Notes under the pieces: model-generated | What the model was told of the DNA's origin: nothing | The model's database searches: none | Seen by the model: the letters and a program-made list of their open reading frames with translations, nothing else | In this document: in pieces, positions 1 through 7,306 of the stretch | How the letters are laid out: every line of letters starts with the position of its first letter | How positions within the stretch are numbered: the first letter of the stretch is position 1 | Source: Verrucomicrobiota bacterium | GTDB lineage: Bacteria; Verrucomicrobiota; Verrucomicrobiia; Limisphaerales; UBA11358 | Direction of reading: 5' to 3' | Assembly: GCA_049517655.1 (NCBI GenBank) | Contig: JBEKRQ010000002.1 | Span: forward strand, 193,059 to 257,058 | DNA: 64,000 nt | Program-made: the position numbers and the translations under genes

Positions 1-325
1 CGGTGACCAGCAGCATGACCAAACCGGCGCCCGTGTAGCCCAGAATGAATTTATGGATGCCAAGCGAACCCAGCAGAATCCCGAAAATGCCGGCCGGAAT
101 TTTGTTGGACGCCCGCGATGTGACGGTGGACGGCATAACTGGCGGCGGGACGGCATTCAGCCCGGCGGTGAATTCAGGGAGCGAACTCAGCGGCTTCCAA
201 TCCTGGGCGCCTTCCATTTGGACAAGGGTTTGGGCGTGGACACGGTTTTCGGCGAGCCAGCGCCGGATTTGCTCCGCATTCACCGGGCCGTATTGCTGTC
301 CGTCCATTCCAATGATTTTATACAT
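1..325 (-). CDS. GYF_2-domain / TM2-domain membrane protein, partial (C-terminus lies beyond the window start)
   Basis: Own translation of the minus strand from ATG (325-323): MYKIIGMDGQQYGPVNAEQIRRWLAENRVHAQTLVQMEGAQDWKPLSSLPEF (GYF_2-type), then GILLGSLGIHKFILGYTGAGLVMLLVT (TM2-type GxxGxHxFxLG). Not in the ORF track because no stop lies in the window. Confidence 0.6.
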   Translation of the reverse strand, partial: MYKIIGMDGQQYGPVNAEQIRRWLAENRVHAQTLVQMEGAQDWKPLSSLPEFTAGLNAVPPPVMPSTVTSRASNKIPAGIFGILLGSLGIHKFILGYTGAGLVMLLVT

Positions 326-363
326 AATGCGCCTTTCTGTTTTTGGTCGAAGTTACAAAAATT

Positions 364-792
364 TCACGGTTGTTTCGGGGGTTTGCCGGACAAATCCAAA
401 ACAGGAGGGGAAGTGTGTTCTGTCTCAAAATTTTCGAACGATTTCAAACTGTTCCTCGATGCTTCGCGCAACAGGCTGACACTGGTCACCGCCGCCCAGA
501 ACCACGACAGCGCGAACAGAATGGCACCAGCCTCCAGCAGCGCCAGCTTCGGCAGACGCGGCTGCGTCTCGCCGAATATCAGTCCGTAATACCGGATCAT
601 CATCTGGACAAACCAGACGAGCACCAGTGTGAAACCCGCCAGCGCCAACAAAAGCTGCCCGAAACCGGCGAGCCATCGCCCCGCTATAAGCGAACCGAGA
701 CCGGGTGTGGCCAGTTGATTAACGATTACGGCGTTGCGGGCGGCGGCGCGGCTAACTGGCTTGCGGCTGGGAGAAAATGGTTTCATAGGCAT
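364..792 (-). CDS. small integral membrane protein, function unknown
   Basis: 142-aa ORF with hydrophobic helices (LAGFGQLLLALAGFTLVLVWFVQ; LLEAGAILFALSWFWAAVTSV). Same strand as both neighbours. Start uncertain; it overlaps the upstream stop by about 40 nt. Confidence 0.4.
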   Translation of the reverse strand: MPMKPFSPSRKPVSRAAARNAVIVNQLATPGLGSLIAGRWLAGFGQLLLALAGFTLVLVWFVQMMIRYYGLIFGETQPRLPKLALLEAGAILFALSWFWAAVTSVSLLREASRNSLKSFENFETEHTSPPVLDLSGKPPKQP

Positions 793-1660
793 ACATCAAT
801 GCCCCCAAACCGATGGGCAGAGTCACAAAAATCCCGATGCAACACGCGATGATTCCAGCCATGACCAACAAACCATAAACCAGCAAAAATGCAAACACTA
901 GAAACCAATGTTTGTTGACCATCTTGCGACTTAATTCCATGGCCTGCCAAAATCCCATTTGCCTGTCTATAACCAAGGGAATGGAAAAAAACCAAGCCAC
1001 AGCCAGATAAATTCCGGGAACAAGACACAAGACATAACCGATTATTGTCAAAATGTTCATAATCAAACTGAGCAAAACCAACTGACCGATGGAATGACCA
1101 AAGCCCGAAAACGCGTCGCCAATTCCCGCACTTTCACCACGAATTAATTTAAGGTAATATTTAAACAACCCAGCCATAAAGATGGTGTAAATCGGGCCGC
1201 TAACAATCGCCACCAGGACAATGGTGAGGATTCCACGCGGAGAAACGCGGTGTTCCATAATCATAGCGTTAATTGCCGGACGGGTGAACAGTCCAAAAAC
1301 CTGATTGATGGCCACCGTAATCAGCATAATCAGAGCTGTGATGCCTACGATGGGCCAAAAATTATTTTTGACCAGTTCCCATCCACGGCTGATGCAACCG
1401 CCGATGTCCAGTTCATAATCACGCCACAGCCAGTCGGCAGGAGTTGCGGCTGATGGCGGCGCGCTGGGCATCGCAGATTCACCAGCGAGCGCGGCGGCAA
1501 ATTCGGGAAATGCCGAGAGCGGTTTCCACTCGATGTCGCCGTGCGCTTGCACGAGTGTTTGTGCGTTGAGCCGGCCATCGGCAATCCACTTGCGCAGATC
1601 CTCCTCCGAAACCGGGCCGTATTGTTTCTGGTCGCCTCCGATGATTGTGTAGTCTGCCAT
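752..1660 (-). CDS. GYF_2-domain multi-pass membrane protein
   Basis: N-terminus MADYTIIGGDQKQYGPVSEEDLRKWIADGRLNAQTLVQAHGDIEWKPLSAFPEF is paralogous to the N-terminus of the 1..325 gene. It is followed by about five hydrophobic helices. Confidence 0.6.
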   Translation of the reverse strand: MADYTIIGGDQKQYGPVSEEDLRKWIADGRLNAQTLVQAHGDIEWKPLSAFPEFAAALAGESAMPSAPPSAATPADWLWRDYELDIGGCISRGWELVKNNFWPIVGITALIMLITVAINQVFGLFTRPAINAMIMEHRVSPRGILTIVLVAIVSGPIYTIFMAGLFKYYLKLIRGESAGIGDAFSGFGHSIGQLVLLSLIMNILTIIGYVLCLVPGIYLAVAWFFSIPLVIDRQMGFWQAMELSRKMVNKHWFLVFAFLLVYGLLVMAGIIACCIGIFVTLPIGLGALMYAYETIFSQPQAS

Positions 1661-1724
1661 AATTTCACCAAGTTTCTTCAGGTTTTAGTCCGTCGGATGT
1701 TGTTATGCAAGCTCTGGTTTGTAA

Positions 1725-2831
1725 TTACGTATTTCGCACGAAAAGTTTCCCCGGCAGTTGCTTGATCACGCGCTTCATCTCCAGACTCAGCAACGCCACG
1801 CTCACCGCCGAACTCGGCAAACCGCTGCGCCGAATCACCTCGTCAATGCTCGATTCCTCGTGGCTCAAGGAATCATAAATGCGCCTTTCGTTCTCGGACA
1901 ATTCCAGCGCGGGCAGCACGCCGGTTTCGCCAGGCGACGGCGGACGATTGCTCCCCGGAAACAAATACTCGAACTCGCTCAAAATGTCCTCCGCGCCTTC
2001 GCACAGCTTCGCGCCCTTTTTGATCAAATCGTGACAGCCCTTGCTGCGCGGTGAATCAATCCGCCCCGGCACGGCGAAAACCTGCCGGCCGTATTCCGTC
2101 GCAAAATTCGCCGTGATGAGCGCGCCGCTGTTCATGTCTGCCTCCACGATGACTGTGCCGAGTGTCATGCCGGCGACAATGCGGTTGCGAATCGGGAAAC
2201 TCTGTTTGTCCGCCGGACGGTTGAACGGAAATTGCGTGATGACTGCCCCGTTCTCTGCAATTCGCTCAAAGAGTTCCGCGTTCTCCGGCGGGAACACAAT
2301 GTTGATGCCCGTGCCGAGTACGCAAACTGTCCGCCCTTTTGCAGCGAGCGCTCCCTGGTGCGATGCCGTGTCAATCCCGCGCGCGCCACCGCTCACGACC
2401 GTGACGCCGACGTAGGCCAGTTGATACGCCAGCTTGCGCGCGGCCTCGATGCCGTAATGTGTCGTCATCCGCGAGCCGACCATCGCGACAGCGTTTTTGT
2501 CCTTCGCGGTCAACTGACCTTTCGCGTAAAGCACAATCGGCGGGTCGTAAATATGCCGAAGCAATTCAGGATAATCCTCATCGCCCTGAATCAAAACATG
2601 ACAGCCGGATTCCTGAACGCGTTTCAATTCACCGGCGAGGTCAACTGTTTTCTCCCAACTGGCAATCGCGGCGGCGGTTTCATCACCGATGTTGCAGACG
2701 CGGAGTAGTTCACTTTTGGACGCTTGAAGGATTTTTGGCGCGTCGCCGAAATGTTCGAGCAACAGCCGCACTCGCACCGGGCCGACATGTTCGATGAGAT
2801 TGAGGGCGATGAGCGCTTCCCGTGAGTCCAT
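1725..2831 (-). CDS. dprA: DNA processing protein DprA (Smf)
   Basis: 368 aa. N-terminal SAM-like region (ALIALNLIEHVGPVRVRLLLEHFG), Rossmann core (VAMVGSRMTTHYG...VVSGGARGIDTASHQGAL...VLGTGINIVFPPEN...SGALITANFA) and a C-terminal winged-helix tail. Confidence 0.9.
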   Translation of the reverse strand: MDSREALIALNLIEHVGPVRVRLLLEHFGDAPKILQASKSELLRVCNIGDETAAAIASWEKTVDLAGELKRVQESGCHVLIQGDEDYPELLRHIYDPPIVLYAKGQLTAKDKNAVAMVGSRMTTHYGIEAARKLAYQLAYVGVTVVSGGARGIDTASHQGALAAKGRTVCVLGTGINIVFPPENAELFERIAENGAVITQFPFNRPADKQSFPIRNRIVAGMTLGTVIVEADMNSGALITANFATEYGRQVFAVPGRIDSPRSKGCHDLIKKGAKLCEGAEDILSEFEYLFPGSNRPPSPGETGVLPALELSENERRIYDSLSHEESSIDEVIRRSGLPSSAVSVALLSLEMKRVIKQLPGKLFVRNT

Positions 2832-2911
2832 GCAATTTGGATAACGGTTGTGAATAAACGCCGCAAGTCCGCATTTAGCGCGATTGCATTTCGCCGGTTT
2901 TTTGCTACTTA

Positions 2912-3751
2912 ATGCGCGTGCCCGATCCCAGTTTGCTAATCCTCATTCCGGCCCACAATGAAGAGCGCCGCATCGAGCCGGTGCTGCGTGATTACGCGCG
3001 ATTTTTTCAGAAAAATTATCGCGGCAAATTTCAGATCGTCGTCCTGCTCAACGGCTGCACAGACAACACGCTCGCAGTCGTTCAACGTGTTGCTGCTGAA
3101 TTTCCTGCGGTTAGTGCGTTGGAATTCAAGGAACCCATCGGCAAGGGCGGTGCTCTCATCGAAGGCCTCAAGCTGGCGATGCACGCGGATTTGATAGGCT
3201 ACGTGGACGCCGACGGCGCAACGCCGCCACATGCGTTTTTCGAGTTGCTCAAGCACATCGGCGAAGCCGATTGTGTCATCGGCTCGCGCTGGCTGCCCGG
3301 CGCGGTCATCCATCAATCACAAGCCAGCCACCGCAAACTCGCCAGCCGCGCGTTTCATCTCGTCGTGCAATTGTTGTTTTGGATGAACATCCACGACACG
3401 CAATGCGGCGCGAAAGTGATACGGCGCGAGGCAGTCGAAAAAATTCATTCTTACCTGCGGATTGCGGACATGGCGTTCGACATCAATCTGCTTGTGGCGC
3501 TCAAGCGCGCGGGTTTCCGCATTCTGGAAGTCCCGACCGAATGGACGGACCAAGCCGGGTCGAAGGTCGTGTTGTTCCATTCATCACTCGTGATGTTTCT
3601 GTCCACCGTGCGAATACGATTGATTTACTCCCCATTTTACAAATGGCTGCGACCGTTGCGACCGTTGGAAGGTTGGATCTACAAAAAACTCCGCGCACCG
3701 CAACCGTTATCGGGGTCTCAAGTCCAAAGTTCAAAGCCCAAAGTGGAGTGA
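2912..3751 (+). CDS. family 2 glycosyltransferase (polyprenyl-phosphate hexosyltransferase-like)
   Basis: LILIPAHNEERRIEPVL, YVDADGAT (DxD) and QCGAKV motifs typical of GT-A fold GT2. The last roughly 10 codons run into a heptamer repeat. Confidence 0.8.
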   Translation: MRVPDPSLLILIPAHNEERRIEPVLRDYARFFQKNYRGKFQIVVLLNGCTDNTLAVVQRVAAEFPAVSALEFKEPIGKGGALIEGLKLAMHADLIGYVDADGATPPHAFFELLKHIGEADCVIGSRWLPGAVIHQSQASHRKLASRAFHLVVQLLFWMNIHDTQCGAKVIRREAVEKIHSYLRIADMAFDINLLVALKRAGFRILEVPTEWTDQAGSKVVLFHSSLVMFLSTVRIRLIYSPFYKWLRPLRPLEGWIYKKLRAPQPLSGSQVQSSKPKVE

Positions 3752-3776
3752 ACGCGCGACTTTGGACATTAGACTT
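3723..3776. repeat. inverted TCCAAAG-type heptamers spanning two convergent stop codons (possible bidirectional terminator)
   Basis: TCCAAAG TTCAAAG CCCAAAG (3723-3743) faces CTTTGGA (3760-3766). AAGTCCAAAGT / ACTTTGGAC can pair. Confidence 0.6.
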
Positions 3777-5106
3777 CCTGCCTCGGCGAAGCGCAGTGAA
3801 GACGGGTGGACCCTGGACTCTTGAACGTGAACCACGCGCAAACGCCGAGCAATAAAGTGCTGAAGACACCAAGCGTCTGAATCATCATGCGTAATCCCGC
3901 CTGGGTGTCGGCCAAATTTCCCGCGTGTTGCCCAACCACTCCCAACGCCACGCCGTAACCAATTGCCACCAACACCAGCCACGGCACAACGGCAAATCGT
4001 CCGCGCGCCAGCAAGGCATTGATGAGCACATTCGCCAGCGTCAGCGGCAACATGCACCACGCGAACCACGGCACAAGCGGTGTTGAGACGTCAAGGAACG
4101 ATTGGTCATACACGATGCGCAAAGGCAGCCATGGAAACAGTGTGCAGCCAATCACCGCTGCGCCGCCCGCCAGCATCGTCAGACCTAGTGCATGCGCCAG
4201 GACGTTCGTTTTCTCGCCGCGCGCCGCGCTGTGCGCGATTTTGGGAAACATCACCAGCGTCAGCGGCTGGGTAAAGAAAACCAGCGCCCGGCCAATCATA
4301 CCCGCCGCAGCGTAGTAACCCGTTTGCTCGGCCAGGAAAAATTTCCGCGTGAAAACCATGTCCGCGCTCAACATGAACGTCGCCGCGCCCAATCCCAGCG
4401 TCAGCGGCACGACCCTTCGCAGCCATTCATTCCAATCCACCAGTGCGGTTTCCGTCCGCCAGACATCCCGGATTTGCCAGCCGCCGATCACAATCACCAC
4501 CGTCATGCCCAAAAGCACCGCGCTGACTGCGCCCGCAGCCCAACCGTGGAACAGCAGCACAATCACGCAGACTGTGGCAAAACGCCCGACGCCGTTGAAA
4601 ATATTCGTCCAGCCCAGCCAGAGAAAATTCTGCCGTCCCTGCAACATTCCCATGACCAACGGCATCCACATCGCCACAAGTCCAATGACGATGGTCACCA
4701 CCAACGCCGCCGGATTTCCAATTTTTAAACCGGCCACCGTCTGATTCCAAAACACACCCACGATGGCCGCCATTGCCAGCCAGATGAAAAAAATCGCCCG
4801 CCACACGCCGCGAAACGTGCCCACCACCACCCGATGCTGTTCATCGGTAACCGCCGCCGCCGCCTGTTGCGCAAAGACCATTTGCAATCCAATCGCCGGA
4901 ATGGCCATCAGGGATATGACCTGCAGCAGCGTCGTGAACAAGCCGTATTCCTCCTTCGGCATCAGCTTGGCGACCATGTGAACGGCATACATCAGCACGC
5001 CGGCGGCCGTCGCCGTCAGCATCATCCAACCGCTTTGCCGGAAAAACGCGGCGCGGTGGTGCAAGAAGGAAGCCGCTGAAGTTGTTTCAACCTTTCCCGT
5101 GAGCAT
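3769..5106 (-). CDS. polysaccharide/oligosaccharide flippase-like membrane protein (MOP/Wzx-type)
   Basis: 445 aa, about 12-14 hydrophobic helices along the whole length. Convergent with the GT2 gene. Family call comes from topology and context only. Confidence 0.5.
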   Translation of the reverse strand: MLTGKVETTSAASFLHHRAAFFRQSGWMMLTATAAGVLMYAVHMVAKLMPKEEYGLFTTLLQVISLMAIPAIGLQMVFAQQAAAAVTDEQHRVVVGTFRGVWRAIFFIWLAMAAIVGVFWNQTVAGLKIGNPAALVVTIVIGLVAMWMPLVMGMLQGRQNFLWLGWTNIFNGVGRFATVCVIVLLFHGWAAGAVSAVLLGMTVVIVIGGWQIRDVWRTETALVDWNEWLRRVVPLTLGLGAATFMLSADMVFTRKFFLAEQTGYYAAAGMIGRALVFFTQPLTLVMFPKIAHSAARGEKTNVLAHALGLTMLAGGAAVIGCTLFPWLPLRIVYDQSFLDVSTPLVPWFAWCMLPLTLANVLINALLARGRFAVVPWLVLVAIGYGVALGVVGQHAGNLADTQAGLRMMIQTLGVFSTLLLGVCAWFTFKSPGSTRLHCASPRQEV

Positions 5107-5136
5107 GAGCGTTTGACAATATGATGTTGCTTCAGT

Positions 5137-6360
5137 TCAGGGAAGTGAATTCAGAAAATGCAAAAGCAAATTTTTGCCGCGCTCCAATTCCTCCAGCGAA
5201 ATCCATTCGTCCGACGTGTGCGCCTGTGCGATGTCGCCGGGACCGAACACCACACTCGGAATTCCGGCGCGTGATAAAACCGCCGCGTCGCAAAAATAGT
5301 CCACGCCGACCGGCTTCAACTGGCCGACACTGTGAAGAAACCGGCGAACCAGCGGCAGCCCCGGATTCGTCTCCAGCGGCAAACACGGCTCGAGTTTCGT
5401 GCTGGAAATCTTCGCGCTCAATTTCTTTGCGCGCAGCCACGCGGAAATTTCCCGCCGCACGCCGCTTTCCATTTCGTCCGGCAGCGTGCGCCGATCAACG
5501 GTGATGGTACAATGGTCTGGCACGATATTCGGCTGCGTTCCACCGCGAATCGTGCCGACGTTAATCGTCGCGGTGCCAAGCAACGGATGACGGCGTTTTC
5601 GCAAGCGCGCGGCGTAATCCGTTTCGAGCGCGTCCACGATGCGCGCCATTTCGTGAACGGCATTTTTGCCGAGCTGCGGTGTTGCACCGTGTGCCGCCTT
5701 GCCATGCGTTTCAAGCTCCAGCCAAATGCTGCCTTTGTGAGCGGTGACGACCTGCAATCGCGTCGGCTCGCCGACAATCGCCAAATCCGCCTTGAATCCG
5801 CTGGCCGCCAGCGCGCGCGAACCGGCTTGTGCGTTCTCTTCGTCAATCAAACCGGCGAAGACGATTTCGGTTTCCTTCGGACGCGATTTCATCAATTCGC
5901 AAAGCGCGGAGAACATGGCAGCAACGGAACCTTTTGTGTCGCAGGCGCCGCGTCCGTGCAGACGACCGTTTTTGCGACGCGGAACAAATTGCGAATCGCC
6001 GGCGTTGACGGTGTCGAGATGCGGAGCGAGCAGGATGGTCTGGCGGATTTTGTTTCGCGGCAGCAGACGCACAATGAGATTGGAACGAGCCAAATCGGAT
6101 TCTCTTGTTTGGTGGGGCGAGTGTCCTCGCGAGCCGGTCTTGGACTGCGGTGACATGTCACCGCTTTCTAAAGCGCGGACACGTCCGCGCACTCCAAACA
6201 CTTTTTGAAATTCAACCTCAAGCCCAGTGCGTTTAGCAGCGCTGGCAAGAAAATCGGCGACGCGTTTTTCCCCAGCATGCGGATGGTGCGGCGGAAGAAA
6301 AGCTGGGTTTACGCTGGGCAGCGCAATGAGTTCAGCCAGGAGTTTTTCCGTGCGCGTCAT
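5137..6360 (-). CDS. M20-family metallopeptidase (ArgE/DapE-type deacylase) carrying an in-frame repeat insertion
   Basis: LLAELIALPSVNP..., LLAPHLDTV, GRGACDTKG, GLIDEE, and a C-terminal GPGDIAQAHTSDEWISLEEL motif typical of ArgE/DapE. I start at ATG 6360 (MTRTEKLL); the ORF-track start at 6429 is the GTG of a repeat element. Confidence 0.8.
   Translation of the reverse strand: MTRTEKLLAELIALPSVNPAFLPPHHPHAGEKRVADFLASAAKRTGLEVEFQKVFGVRGRVRALESGDMSPQSKTGSRGHSPHQTRESDLARSNLIVRLLPRNKIRQTILLAPHLDTVNAGDSQFVPRRKNGRLHGRGACDTKGSVAAMFSALCELMKSRPKETEIVFAGLIDEENAQAGSRALAASGFKADLAIVGEPTRLQVVTAHKGSIWLELETHGKAAHGATPQLGKNAVHEMARIVDALETDYAARLRKRRHPLLGTATINVGTIRGGTQPNIVPDHCTITVDRRTLPDEMESGVRREISAWLRAKKLSAKISSTKLEPCLPLETNPGLPLVRRFLHSVGQLKPVGVDYFCDAAVLSRAGIPSVVFGPGDIAQAHTSDEWISLEELERGKNLLLHFLNSLP
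6104..6192. repeat. cluster of three short palindromes embedded in-frame in the M20 gene
   Basis: GGGGCGAGTGTCCTCGCGAGCCG (22/23 match to 21978-22000), GCGGTGACATGTCACCGC (perfect 18-bp palindrome), and GCGCGGAC-AC-GTCCGCGC. Confidence 0.85.
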
Positions 6361-6369
6361 GGCTTCAGA

Positions 6370-6429
6370 GTGGCACAGGCTTCCAGCCTGTGAAAAGTAA
6401 TTACTCCACAGGCCAGAGGCCTGTGCCAC
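6370..6429. repeat. REPIN-like double hairpin, GTGGCAC family, copy 1
   Basis: GTGGCACAGGCTTCCAGCCTGTG-AAAAGTAATTACTC-CACAGGCCAGAGGCCTGTGCCAC: two hairpins in inverted orientation with inverted termini. Confidence 0.9.
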
Positions 6430-6465
6430 CTTTCCACTTTATTCTCGACATCAATCATTTTGGAG

Positions 6466-7299
6466 ATGAAAACCGAGCCTGACGATATGACTGGCAGTTG
6501 CAAGCTTTGCAATAAAGTTGAGATATTAAAGGAATCTCACGTTATTCCGGATTTTTACATCCACGGACTAGAACACAAATTACCCACCGGTTCAAAAGGA
6601 GAACTTCAACCATTTTCAATTGTGTTGAGCGCAGATCCTGAAATGGAAGGCGGAGCAATGCAACGTGGCTATTGGGAAAAAATTCTAGGGATTAAAGAAT
6701 ACTTACTTTGTGGTGCTTGTGAGCAAAAATTTCAAAGAAATGAAAGTTATGTTCGTGACTTGCTTTACGGAAACGCTCCGCCACCTCTTAAAAAATTGTC
6801 AATCGGCTCAAGTCTCAACCTTGGTATTGCACAACCTGATTTTGACGGTTTTCTTGGCGCAAAGAAAGTTATTGTCGACTACAAAAAATTAAAACTCTTT
6901 CAACTGTCACTTTTATGGCGTGCTGGAATTGCCAAAGGGTCGTTTTTCAAAAATGTAGATTTGGGCGAATTTCATAGCGCAAGATTGCGGGAGCTTTTAC
7001 ATGCGGAAAACCCGGGTTTGGACACAGACTATGCTTGTGTGATGATTGACCTCCAGCACAATGGAAATGGCTATGCAGATTGGATTGAAGCGCCAAAAAG
7101 GTCAAAGGATGGTCAGGTAAATTATCAATTTATCATTGGCGGTTACATGTATTTGTTTACTGTTTCAAAGCAAAAGTCGCGACCGTCAGCCCAATGTTGT
7201 TCAGTAAAATCATCCGGCGAAATAATTATTCTTGTCGTTGATGCGAAGAAGTTAATCCGTTCCAAGGCGGCGACGCTTCATCGGTTGGGGCGGCTGTAG
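6466..7299 (+). CDS. orphan hypothetical protein with two CxxC pairs (Zn-ribbon/HNH-like?)
   Basis: Visibly AT-richer ORF on the opposite strand to both neighbours. Motifs CKLCNKVEILKESHVIPDFY and LLCGACEQKFQRNESY. The ORF-track start 6460 is TTG; the first ATG is 6466. Confidence 0.6.
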   Translation: MKTEPDDMTGSCKLCNKVEILKESHVIPDFYIHGLEHKLPTGSKGELQPFSIVLSADPEMEGGAMQRGYWEKILGIKEYLLCGACEQKFQRNESYVRDLLYGNAPPPLKKLSIGSSLNLGIAQPDFDGFLGAKKVIVDYKKLKLFQLSLLWRAGIAKGSFFKNVDLGEFHSARLRELLHAENPGLDTDYACVMIDLQHNGNGYADWIEAPKRSKDGQVNYQFIIGGYMYLFTVSKQKSRPSAQCCSVKSSGEIIILVVDAKKLIRSKAATLHRLGRL

Positions 7300-7306
7300 A
7301 TTAATT

